A DNA stretch of 32,789 nucleotides, taken from positions 1 to 32,789 of the forward strand of contig DASUFM010000700.1 in assembly GCA_036274535.1 (NCBI GenBank). Reading direction: 5' to 3'. The position numbers and the translations under genes were made by a program. The notes under the pieces are model-generated. The model was not told the origin of the DNA. It worked only from the letters and a program-made list of their open reading frames with translations, and made no database searches. This stretch comes from Blastocatellia bacterium. GTDB lineage: Bacteria > Acidobacteriota > Blastocatellia > RBC074. Shown here piece by piece: positions 16,280-24,049 of this stretch; within the stretch, counting starts at the first letter, position 1, and each line of letters starts with the position of its first letter.

Positions 16280-16478
16280 ATTCGCTCTCCACGACGCTTA
16301 CTTGAGCATCTCTTAAGGCCTGCGCAGTTAAGCAGGGCTTACCATAATTTTGGGGGCCGTCATATTTGGGGGATATAAATGACAACCGTACGGGTCGGGA
16401 TCATGCGCGCAGATCATCAGGCAAGCAGGATACCAGGGGCTAATTGTGTGACATTTCGAATTGCTTTAAGCTCTCGGT

Positions 16479-16931
16479 ATGGAAAACACGGAATGGATTC
16501 AAAAAGAATTTACTCTCAGAGCCAGGTCGCGAGGATTTCACCTGATTACGCGCGAAGCGCTCGATAATCTGCCGGAAATACGCGAGATCGAAGCCGGCGT
16601 GCTTCATCTCTTCGTCCAACATACCTCCGCGTCGCTGACCGTCAATGAAAACGCCGATCCTGACGTGCGAAGCGACATGGAGCGCTACTTCAATCACGCC
16701 GTCCCCGAAAATGCGCCTTATTATGAACACACTCTGGAAGGCCCGGACGACATGCCCGCTCACCTCAAGACTTCGATCCTGGGTTGCTCGATTTCGATAC
16801 CGGTAGGACGCGGCCAGTTACTTCTCGGAGCCTGGCAGGGAATCTATCTCTGCGAACATCGCAGCAACGGCGGCCCGCGACGGCTGGTGGCGACTTTGTA
16901 TGGAAGAAAAAAGAAAGCCAGCCACGAATGA
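16479..16931 (+). CDS. yjbQ: YjbQ/UPF0047 family protein (secondary thiamine-phosphate synthase-like)
   Basis: 150 aa. GVLHLFVQHTSASLTVNENADPDVRSDM, HTLEGPDDMPAHLKTSILG and GAWQGIYLCEHR are typical of UPF0047. Confidence 0.85.
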   Translation: MENTEWIQKEFTLRARSRGFHLITREALDNLPEIREIEAGVLHLFVQHTSASLTVNENADPDVRSDMERYFNHAVPENAPYYEHTLEGPDDMPAHLKTSILGCSISIPVGRGQLLLGAWQGIYLCEHRSNGGPRRLVATLYGRKKKASHE

Positions 16932-17014
16932 ACACGAAGGCTCACGAATCTTTTTCTTGAATTTGATCAGCCCTCTTCGCTATTCGTGAATATTCGTGTT
17001 CATTCGTGGCGGGC
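16917..17014. terminator. 33-nt-arm imperfect palindromic element, likely a bidirectional terminator
   Basis: GCCAGCCACGAATGAACACGAAGGCTCACGAAT (16917-16949, overlapping the last 5 codons of yjbQ) pairs with ATTCGTGAATATTCGTGTTCATTCGTGGCGGGC (16982-17014), with 4 mismatches. It is flanked by T-runs on both strands, between convergent genes. Confidence 0.6.
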
Positions 17015-17022
17015 TTTCTTTT

Positions 17023-18879
17023 CTATTTCAACGCTCCGACCTTCAAATGCGAACTCAGCCGCGCCGAGTGGTAGATCCGGTGAGTCGCTTTTTGAAAATC
17101 GGCTGCGGTGGCGTGATAGATGTCGACGAATTTTTGCGGGTTGCGGTCGACCAGCGGAAACCAACTGCTCTGAACCTGAACCATGAGCCTGTGGCCCGCC
17201 TTGAACGTGTAATCAACGTCATTCAGGGCGATTTTCACTTCGTCAGGCTTGCCGGGCGCGAACGGTTCGGGTTTCGAGAGGCTGTTGCGGAATTTGCCGC
17301 GCATCACTTCAGCGCGCACCAGCGTCTGAGCCCCGCCCTTATCAGTCCCCTTATCAGGATAAACATCAATCAGTTTAACGATAAAATCGGCGTCAGTTCC
17401 TGTGGTCGAAACGAACAGGTCGGCGGTGATCGGACCGGCGAGCGTCAGGTCCTTGTCGAGCGCGTCGGTCTGGTAGGACAGCACGTCAGAACGGCGCGAG
17501 GCGAAGCGCTGATCCTCGATCATATAACCGGTCCCGCGCGTATTCGTCATCGCGTTAGTGAAGGGCACAGGGTCGGCGGGATCGCTCAGATATTCGTCGA
17601 AGCTCTCAGCCGGATCCTCGGGGTTCGGCGGCGCGTCCAAAGACAATCTGCCGTTTTTGTGGAAGTAGATCGAGCGCGATTGCAAATTTTTCGGGGGCCA
17701 TTGATCGAATGATTTCCACTCGTTTGCGCCGGTGGCGAAAATCGTCGCTTCCGGCAGCGCCATCCGGCCCTTGTCTTTCAGGTAGAAATTGAAGAATGGA
17801 AGCTCGACGTTTTCGCGATACCAGGCGGACGTCTTCGAACCGAATTGGACGCCGCCCAGGCTCTCGCCGTCGCCGCGCGCCCACTGCCCGTGCGACCACG
17901 GCCCCATGACCAGAATATTCTTCGCGTCCGGATTGTTCTTCTCGATTGTCTTGTAAATATTCAGCGGCCCGTACAAATCCTCGGCGTCAAACCATCCGCC
18001 GACCACCATTACCGCCGGCGTGACCTTCTTCAGGTGAGGCAGAACGTTGCGCGCCTGCCAGAACTCGTCATAAGTTCCGTGCTCTATCACGTCGTTCCAG
18101 TATTTGTTCCTGCCTTTGAAATAGTTCTTCTGCGCGTTGGCCACGGGACCCAGATTGAGGAAGAATTTGTACGCGTCCGGCGTTCCCAAATTGAAATTCT
18201 TGAATTGATTCGGGGTCGGTTCAGGCCGCGGCATTCCGAAAAACATGTTGAATCCGAAGCAATCGAAGATAAAGAACGCGCCGTTATGATGATCGTCGTC
18301 TCCGACGAACCAGTCGGCGATGGGGGCCTGGGGCGAAGCGGCCTTGAGCGCCGGGTGCGCGTCCATCAGCGCCGTGGCCGCGTAAAAGCCCGGATATGAA
18401 ATCCCCCAGACGCCCACGCGCCCGTTGTTGTTAGGGATGTTTTTGACCAGCCAATCAACGGTGTCATAAGTGTCGCTCGATTCGTCTATGTCTTTTGGCG
18501 ATTTTTTGTTCGGGATGTGCGGGCGCACATCCTCGAATTCGCCTTCGGACATGAACGTCCCGCGCACGTCCTGATAAACGAAAATATAGCCCTCCCGCAT
18601 AAACGCCGCCGACGGGCCGAGCGAAGGACGGTAAGCGTCCGCGCCATACGGGCCCACGCCGTAAGGCGTGCGCATCATAAGAATCGGATATTTTTGCGAC
18701 GTGTCTTTAGGCGAATAGACGGCTGTGAAAAGCTTCGCGCCGTCTCGCATCGTGATTCGATGCTCCGATTTGACGTAGCGGTCTTTGACGCTGAACGGCG
18801 ATGATTGTCGCGCGTCGGTTTGCGCCACAACTGACAGAAAACATAACGCGGCCACCCAGGCGATCAGTTTTGATTTCAT
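17023..18879 (-). CDS. CocE/NonD family hydrolase (peptidase S15, X-Pro dipeptidyl-peptidase-like)
   Basis: I chose ATG 18879, giving the signal peptide MKSKLIAWVAALCFLSVVAQTDA. GVWGISYPGFY (GxSYxG nucleophile elbow). The length and C-terminal beta-domain are typical of the family. Confidence 0.85.
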   Translation of the reverse strand: MKSKLIAWVAALCFLSVVAQTDARQSSPFSVKDRYVKSEHRITMRDGAKLFTAVYSPKDTSQKYPILMMRTPYGVGPYGADAYRPSLGPSAAFMREGYIFVYQDVRGTFMSEGEFEDVRPHIPNKKSPKDIDESSDTYDTVDWLVKNIPNNNGRVGVWGISYPGFYAATALMDAHPALKAASPQAPIADWFVGDDDHHNGAFFIFDCFGFNMFFGMPRPEPTPNQFKNFNLGTPDAYKFFLNLGPVANAQKNYFKGRNKYWNDVIEHGTYDEFWQARNVLPHLKKVTPAVMVVGGWFDAEDLYGPLNIYKTIEKNNPDAKNILVMGPWSHGQWARGDGESLGGVQFGSKTSAWYRENVELPFFNFYLKDKGRMALPEATIFATGANEWKSFDQWPPKNLQSRSIYFHKNGRLSLDAPPNPEDPAESFDEYLSDPADPVPFTNAMTNTRGTGYMIEDQRFASRRSDVLSYQTDALDKDLTLAGPITADLFVSTTGTDADFIVKLIDVYPDKGTDKGGAQTLVRAEVMRGKFRNSLSKPEPFAPGKPDEVKIALNDVDYTFKAGHRLMVQVQSSWFPLVDRNPQKFVDIYHATAADFQKATHRIYHSARLSSHLKVGALK

Positions 18880-18913
18880 TAAATTTTCCCTTGATACAGG
18901 ACGAATAGGAAGA

Positions 18914-18965
18914 TGGGACAAATAAGACAGATAGGACATTCATCCTATCTGTCTTATTTGTCCCA
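18914..18965. repeat. perfect 23-bp-arm palindrome (element E)
   Basis: TGGGACAAATAAGACAGATAGGA, loop CATTCA, TCCTATCTGTCTTATTTGTCCCA. It lies 35 nt upstream of the S15 hydrolase ATG. Confidence 0.95.
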
Positions 18966-19098
18966 GGCATTATATATCGGATGCTTTGTCGCCCTATCTA
19001 AAAAAACTGGAAACCTACAATTAGAAAGGCGCGTCTTTAGAATCGCTCACTGAGAAAAGCACCAGCCGGTGTTTCTTCAAAGGGGTATCCTCCTGTAA

Positions 19099-19137
19099 GG
19101 CTGCTGCGGCCAATTCGGCCTGCAGCAGCCATTTTTT
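19099..19137 (+). terminator. strong plus-strand intrinsic terminator with no upstream plus-strand CDS
   Basis: GGCTGCTGCGGCC / GGCCTGCAGCAGCC form 13 bp with one bulged T and loop AATTC, followed by ATTTTTT. It is about 155 nt upstream of the S41 gene ATG. There is no T-run on the other strand. Confidence 0.7.
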
Positions 19138-19290
19138 CCAAAAATTAGGTTAGCTTGCGCCCTTATTTCCGCGTGGTGTATCATCGGCCTGCGGTCGATA
19201 ATGGGCTGGTTGAGCTTGCATCTCGCTATAGTTGATAAACTGACGCGCGCTCTGTCCGGCAACTCAAATGAGCTTAAGGAGCTGTATTTA

Positions 19291-20550
19291 ATGTCAATAC
19301 GCGGCAAACTTACGCTGGTCACACTGTCCGCCTTCATCGCTCTGTATTCGATTGTAGGCGGGATGCTTTCTAAAACCAACAATCCTTTTTTCAAGGCGAT
19401 CGCCAATCCGGCCGGGCCTTACCCGCAATTGCGCATCTTTGAAGAGGTGGTGAAGCATATTGTCCAGGATTACGTTGAAAAGCCGAACCTCGAAAAGGTT
19501 CGGGTCGGCGCCTTGCGTGGTTTGACCGAGGGACTCGATCCATACAGCGCCTATCTGTTGCCGCAACAGGTCAAGCAATATCAATCCAACAAGGTCCTGC
19601 CCGACACGACCGGAATGGTTATCGGCCAGTATTCGGGATTCGCTTATGTGATCGCGGTCATTCCAGGCTCGCCGGCCGAGAAAGCTGGCGTCAAGATCGG
19701 CGACGTGATCGAATACGTCGACACGCATGCCACCCGCGATATGGATCTATATGATGTGAAATCCATTCTTTCCGGCGCGCCCGGTTCGACTGTCGAGTTG
19801 ACCCTGATCAATCGCAAATCGGAAAAAATCAAAATCGTGCGGGGCAAGGTTGCGCCGGCTCTGCCCGAAACGCGCCTTCTGGAGTCTCAAATCGGCTACG
19901 TCAAGGTTCCGATCCTGGGCGAAGGGCAGGCGCAAGCCGTGGAGAACGCCGTCAAAGACGTCATCCGGAAAGGCGCGAAATCGATCGTTATCGATCTGCG
20001 CGGATCGGCGGGCGGCGACCTGGATGAAGGCGTGAAGGTCGCGGATTTCTTCCTCAAGTCGGGCGTGATCGCCAAATCGATAGGTCGCAAGGATAATGTC
20101 CTTACCACCTACGAGGCGAAGCCTGAAAACGATTTGACCGAATTGCCAGTGGCTGTGATCATCAACCGCACGACGGCCGGCGCATCGGAAATCGTCGCCG
20201 CGGCGATTATGGAAAACCAGCGCGGCGAAGTCATCGGCGAACGCACGCTCTTCGGAATGGGTTCGGAGCAGCAGCTTTTCCCGCTCGATGACGGATCGGC
20301 TCTGCTATTGACCGTCGCGCGCTACGCCGCGCCCTCCGGCAAGATATTCATGACCGACGGCGTCACGCCCAACGTCGAAGTCAAAAGCGCTGATCTGGCT
20401 GATGTGGGTCCTTCTGAGGAAGGTAAACAGCCACAGGCCGACGGCGCTCCTCCGGTCGTCGTCGCGCCGAAGCCGGTGGATGATCAGATGCTGAAGAAAG
20501 CCGTCGAAGTTCTTACAAGCGGCGCAAAGGCTAAGCGCCGCGCGGTATAG
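19291..20550 (+). CDS. S41 family (C-terminal processing peptidase-like) protein with PDZ domain, probably non-catalytic
   Basis: I chose ATG 19291 (AAGGAG upstream), giving an N-terminal TM anchor. PDZ segment GSPAEKAGVKIGDVI; S41 blocks IDLRGSAGGD and NRTTAGASEIVAAA...GERTLFGMGS. The expected Ser nucleophile position reads Gly327 and the expected TFGKG Lys reads Met353 (numbering of the 449-aa ORF). Confidence 0.8.
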   Translation: MSIRGKLTLVTLSAFIALYSIVGGMLSKTNNPFFKAIANPAGPYPQLRIFEEVVKHIVQDYVEKPNLEKVRVGALRGLTEGLDPYSAYLLPQQVKQYQSNKVLPDTTGMVIGQYSGFAYVIAVIPGSPAEKAGVKIGDVIEYVDTHATRDMDLYDVKSILSGAPGSTVELTLINRKSEKIKIVRGKVAPALPETRLLESQIGYVKVPILGEGQAQAVENAVKDVIRKGAKSIVIDLRGSAGGDLDEGVKVADFFLKSGVIAKSIGRKDNVLTTYEAKPENDLTELPVAVIINRTTAGASEIVAAAIMENQRGEVIGERTLFGMGSEQQLFPLDDGSALLLTVARYAAPSGKIFMTDGVTPNVEVKSADLADVGPSEEGKQPQADGAPPVVVAPKPVDDQMLKKAVEVLTSGAKAKRRAV

Positions 20551-20580
20551 CGATATTCTCCTCCTCTTCAACCGTTCGAA

Positions 20581-20636
20581 GCGGATCGTGTAGAGACGTA
20601 AATCCTTCGTTTCTCCAGATCCGCGTTTCTTTTTTG
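20581..20636 (+). terminator. possible terminator after the S41 gene
   Basis: GCGGATC (20581-20587) and GATCCGC (20618-20624), followed by GTTTCTTTTTTG. The loop is long (30 nt), so this is weak. Confidence 0.4.
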
Positions 20637-20657
20637 ATATCGGAGAACGCTGCACAA

Positions 20658-21902
20658 ATGTCCCAGAATAAAACCCGAAACTCCATTTTTGCCTTCATTC
20701 TCCTCGGATCGCTGTTTCAGGCGGGCTTCACGCAGGATTGGCCGCGATGGCGAGGCCCCAACGGAGACGGCAGAGGCGCCGGATTCACCGCGCCGAAAGT
20801 CTGGCCCGATCAATTGAAACAGCGATGGCAGGTCGCCGTCGGCGCCGGCCATTCATCGCCGCTGGTCGTAGGAGCCAGCGTCTACCTGCATTCGAGGCAA
20901 GGCGAGAATGAAGTCGCCGCGGCTTACGATCTCAATACGGGCAAAAAAAAGTGGCAGGACAGCTATCCTGTAGCCTACACGATGAACCCCGCCGCGGCCG
21001 GCCATGGCAAAGGCCCCAAATCAACGCCGGTTTACGAAAACGGCAGACTTTATACCTTCGGCATTACCGAAATCCTCTCCTGCTACGACGCGGCGAAGGG
21101 CAGGCTGCTCTGGCGCAAGGATTTCTCCAAACAGTTCAAATCGACCTCGCCGGATTTCGGAACGGCCACGTCGCCCATTATTGACCGTGGGTTGCTGATC
21201 GTTTACGTGGGTGGCAGTGACAGCGGCGCGTTGAAAGCCTTTGACGCCGCGACCGGCGAAGAGAAATGGAGTTGGAACGGCGACGGCCCCGCTTACGCCA
21301 CGCCGATCGTCGTGGAGATCGCCGGCAAGCGCCAGATAGTCACCCAATCACAGCGAAACATCATCGGCGTCTGGGCCGACAACGGCTCGCTGCTCTGGAA
21401 GATTCCGTTCACCACCGCATATGTTCAGAACATCGTCACTCCGATCCAGTACAAGGACCTGTTGATCTTCTCCGGCCTCGATAAAGGCGTCTTCGCCGTG
21501 CGAGTCGGATGGCGCGAAAACGCCTGGGCGACCGACACTGTCTGGGAGAACAAAGGGGTTTCGATGTACATGAACTCGCCGCTGCTCTCAGGCAACCTGC
21601 TCTTCGGAATGTCGCACAAGAATAAAGGCCAGTTCTTCTGCCTCGACGCCTCGACGGGCAAGACGCTCTGGACCGGCGATCCGCGCCAGGGCGAGAACGC
21701 CGCCATGGTCATCGCGGGCGACACGATATTCTCACTGACCAACGACGCCGATCTGATCGTTACGAGCGCCGCCGACAAAGGCGCGAAAGTGATCAAAAAA
21801 TATCACGTGGCTGAAAAACCGACCTGGGCGCATCCGGCGATCATTGGCAGAAACATTTTGATCAAGGATGAGACGACTCTGGCGATGTGGGGATTGGAGT
21901 GA
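20658..21902 (+). CDS. PQQ-like beta-propeller repeat protein (secreted)
   Basis: I chose ATG 20658 (GGAGAA upstream). Signal peptide IFAFILLGSLFQAGF, then DWPRWRGPNGDG and repeated WxxD/G propeller blades. Confidence 0.8.
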   Translation: MSQNKTRNSIFAFILLGSLFQAGFTQDWPRWRGPNGDGRGAGFTAPKVWPDQLKQRWQVAVGAGHSSPLVVGASVYLHSRQGENEVAAAYDLNTGKKKWQDSYPVAYTMNPAAAGHGKGPKSTPVYENGRLYTFGITEILSCYDAAKGRLLWRKDFSKQFKSTSPDFGTATSPIIDRGLLIVYVGGSDSGALKAFDAATGEEKWSWNGDGPAYATPIVVEIAGKRQIVTQSQRNIIGVWADNGSLLWKIPFTTAYVQNIVTPIQYKDLLIFSGLDKGVFAVRVGWRENAWATDTVWENKGVSMYMNSPLLSGNLLFGMSHKNKGQFFCLDASTGKTLWTGDPRQGENAAMVIAGDTIFSLTNDADLIVTSAADKGAKVIKKYHVAEKPTWAHPAIIGRNILIKDETTLAMWGLE

Positions 21903-21903
21903 T

Positions 21904-22158
21904 TCAGGCCGCCCGCTTCAGATCGAGCTTCAGCTGTACGCCGAGGGTATTCAGAAAGTCAATCACACTCGACCATCGAAGCGGTGATTCCGGTAAAGGC
22001 ATGTGTTGAGCTTCGGCCACATCTTGCAGCGCCAGCTGGAATGCCGCTTCATCGTTCTCTTCCAACACGGCGTTCAGATAACCGGCGGCATACTCTGGGT
22101 CGCGCAGTCGTTCCAATAAATCTTCACGATAGCTAACGATTGATTCAGGCTTCGTCAT
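21904..22158 (-). CDS. addiction-module antidote protein (HigA-related family partner of Gp49/RelE-ParE-type killers)
   Basis: ATG 22158 overlaps the toxin stop (ATGA), with AAGGAG upstream. The YREDLLERLRDPEYAAGYLNAVLEENDEAAFQLALQDVAEAQ block is typical. The segment where the HTH is expected looks shorter than usual. Confidence 0.7.
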   Translation of the reverse strand: MTKPESIVSYREDLLERLRDPEYAAGYLNAVLEENDEAAFQLALQDVAEAQHMPLPESPLRWSSVIDFLNTLGVQLKLDLKRAA

Positions 22159-22508
22159 GATTTCTCCTTGCTTTTGCTTGCCCGCTTCTGATAGTCGGCC
22201 CAATATTTCTTTGCCTGTTTAATATCAGAGACCTGGGATCGCTTGTCGCCACCACAGAGTAATACGACGAGCTTAATTCCCACCATGGCAAAGTAAACAC
22301 GATAGCCTGGTCCGTAATCAACCCGCAACTCCGAGACTCCCGCGCCAACGGCTTTGACATCGCCTGGATTCCCGCTGCGCAATCAAGCCAGCCGAGCATC
22401 AATTCGCATTTGCGCTTTACGATCCTTCAACTGCTGAAACCACTCCTGAAATGGACACGCGCCATCTCTCGTTTGATAGTAGCCGATCTCCTTCGACTGA
22501 ATATCCAT
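22155..22508 (-). pseudogene. RelE/ParE-superfamily (Gp49-like) addiction-module killer gene, interrupted by an in-frame TGA
   Basis: The minus-strand frame reads MDIQSKEIGYYQTRDGACPFQEWFQQLKDRKAQMRIDARLA, then TGA (22385-22383), then LRSGNPGDVKAVGAGVSELRVDYGPGYRVYFAMVGIKLVVLLCGGDKRSQVSDIKQAKKYW. Both halves are in the same frame and together match one toxin. The stop sits where an Arg (CGA) is expected. Confidence 0.8.
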
Positions 22509-22533
22509 CGAATAGCTCTCTTTCTCGGCCCGC

Positions 22534-22546
22534 GCCGATTATCGGC
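22534..22546. promoter_or_regulatory. 13-bp perfect palindrome, candidate TA operator
   Basis: GCCGAT-T-ATCGGC, 26-38 nt upstream of the toxin ATG (22508). Confidence 0.3.
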
Positions 22547-22759
22547 AATCGCGCAAAGTTTGTCGAGAAGAACGATGATTTGACCGGCGACTTCTGCTAG
22601 ACTCTTGTGAGTCACCCGACCTCAATTAAAGCACGACGATAGAGGATTTGTTCAGTTCGGCGCCAGCGACGCCCCATAAAGAAGAATTTCCCGAAGGAGC
22701 GCGAAATTTACTTTGTGATTCTTCGCGCGGTTTTGTGGATGTTTTTCGGAGGAGACGAA

Positions 22760-23086
22760 ATGGACAAGAATCAAAAACGCAAACACCTCCTCAAGCTGAT
22801 AGAGGAGGCGACGGTTGATTGCTACGACAAGCATGAGCAGCATTCCGGCCTGTTGACGATGATCGCCGACAGGGTAATCTGCCCGTTTGACGCCAAAGTC
22901 ATCGGCGAAGATGTCAAGGTTACTGAATTCGCCTGGCCGAAAGGCGGCTATGGCCTGCTGGTTGTCTGTGAACGCAACGGCAGGCAATACAGGATCGACG
23001 TCAACTCTCTGGAATGGGTCGAGCCTTATCCGAAAGGCTTTGAATGGATCGAAGCTCACAAGCTGTGGCGCGAGGAATTTCTTTAA
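22760..23086 (+). CDS. small conserved hypothetical protein
   Basis: ATG 22760 with GGAGGAG upstream. The pattern LIEEATVDCYDKHEQ...PFDAKVIGEDVKV...CERNGRQYRIDVNSLEW...PKGFEWIEAHKLW resembles a widespread uncharacterised small-protein family (from memory, unverified). Confidence 0.6.
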   Translation: MDKNQKRKHLLKLIEEATVDCYDKHEQHSGLLTMIADRVICPFDAKVIGEDVKVTEFAWPKGGYGLLVVCERNGRQYRIDVNSLEWVEPYPKGFEWIEAHKLWREEFL

Positions 23087-23093
23087 AACAATA

Positions 23094-24008
23094 ATGGCAA
23101 TCGAACTCTCGATACCGCTCTCAAATTCGAAATACCGGCGAACTTTCAGCTCCGAGATAGACGTCCCGGCCGAAAACGTATCGCTGGCGCGCGGCTCTAT
23201 GCGCGACCATCGCTTCGCCTTCGAACACGTCTGGAAGATTCGCACGCCGGAGTACGAAGTCATCGAAGCCTCCGCGCGCCAGATCGAAGGCGAATTCGAC
23301 CCGCGATTATGCGAAAGATACGCCGGCGTCAAAGGCGTCCGCATCGGACGAGGCTTTTCCAAACGCGTGCTCTCTGAATTGGGAGATTTGCCGGGCGCGC
23401 AGGAGCATCTGCTGACGGCCATAGAGATGGCCCGCGTCGGGCAGCAGGTCTATCACTACACGGCGGAATTCGAGGCCCGGTTTCCGTCAGGCGGGAGCCC
23501 GGCCGAATACGCGCGGATCGCCTGGTTGAAAGACCGCGCTTATATGGGACTTGCGAACACGTGTTACGCCTATCGCGACGAAAGCGAAGGTTTGTTTACT
23601 AGCAGGGAAGTCCGCTGCGGCTTCGACGCGAAATTGACAAGACCGAAGCCCGGCGATAAACGCGTCTTCTGGCGAAACAAGCGAGTGGAGATCGAAATGA
23701 AGAAGGGCGTAAACGGCGAGGCGATATACGCCTGCGAGAGCGCAATGGAAGACGCCGTTCACGACATCAGGATCGGTTTCGATCTGTCCAGCGACGGCGT
23801 GATTTCAAACGCCCGGAGCCGCGGCGCCCGATTGCCTTATCACGGCCTCTGCGAAGACCCGCACCTGCGAACGCCCAAGCTCGAAGGACTGAAAGTGACC
23901 GGCGTTTTCGTCGCGCAGTTTGCCGAACACGTCGGCGGCGCGCAAGGCTGCGCTCACCTGTTCGATCTCTCGATTGACGTTTTGCGGTTGTTCAGCTTCG
24001 ATAAATAA
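23094..24008 (+). CDS. tandem DUF2889-like protein
   Basis: ATG 23094 is 7 nt after the upstream stop. There are two similar halves. The second ends with the DUF2889-type GGAQGCAHLFDL, and the first has GAQEHLL at the equivalent place (Cys lost). Confidence 0.6.
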   Translation: MAIELSIPLSNSKYRRTFSSEIDVPAENVSLARGSMRDHRFAFEHVWKIRTPEYEVIEASARQIEGEFDPRLCERYAGVKGVRIGRGFSKRVLSELGDLPGAQEHLLTAIEMARVGQQVYHYTAEFEARFPSGGSPAEYARIAWLKDRAYMGLANTCYAYRDESEGLFTSREVRCGFDAKLTRPKPGDKRVFWRNKRVEIEMKKGVNGEAIYACESAMEDAVHDIRIGFDLSSDGVISNARSRGARLPYHGLCEDPHLRTPKLEGLKVTGVFVAQFAEHVGGAQGCAHLFDLSIDVLRLFSFDK

Positions 24009-24049
24009 AAATCGAGGCCATCCCCCTATGTCCGATAACGATTTTGGCA

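Noticed and set aside
16280-16478. TPP (THI-box) riboswitch upstream of yjbQ, suggested by the family's link to thiamine-phosphate synthesis.
   Set aside because: The conserved CUGAGA and ACCUGAUCUGGAUAAUGCCAGCG-type elements are absent. I noted only two TTGGGGG(C/A) repeats, which are reported under the sRNA finding.
22383-22385. The in-frame TGA in the toxin gene read as selenocysteine or programmed read-through.
   Set aside because: I see no SECIS-like hairpin immediately downstream, the consensus residue at this position is Arg (CGA is one step from TGA), and toxins of this family are not selenoproteins. A nonsense mutation or a sequencing error is far more likely.
22652-23422. 256-aa minus-strand ORF spanning the small-protein gene and the start of the DUF2889 gene.
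   Set aside because: The two plus-strand ORFs have a strong SD (GGAGGAG), tight coupling and family-like motifs. The minus ORF has none and would run through the TA/small-protein divergent promoter region.
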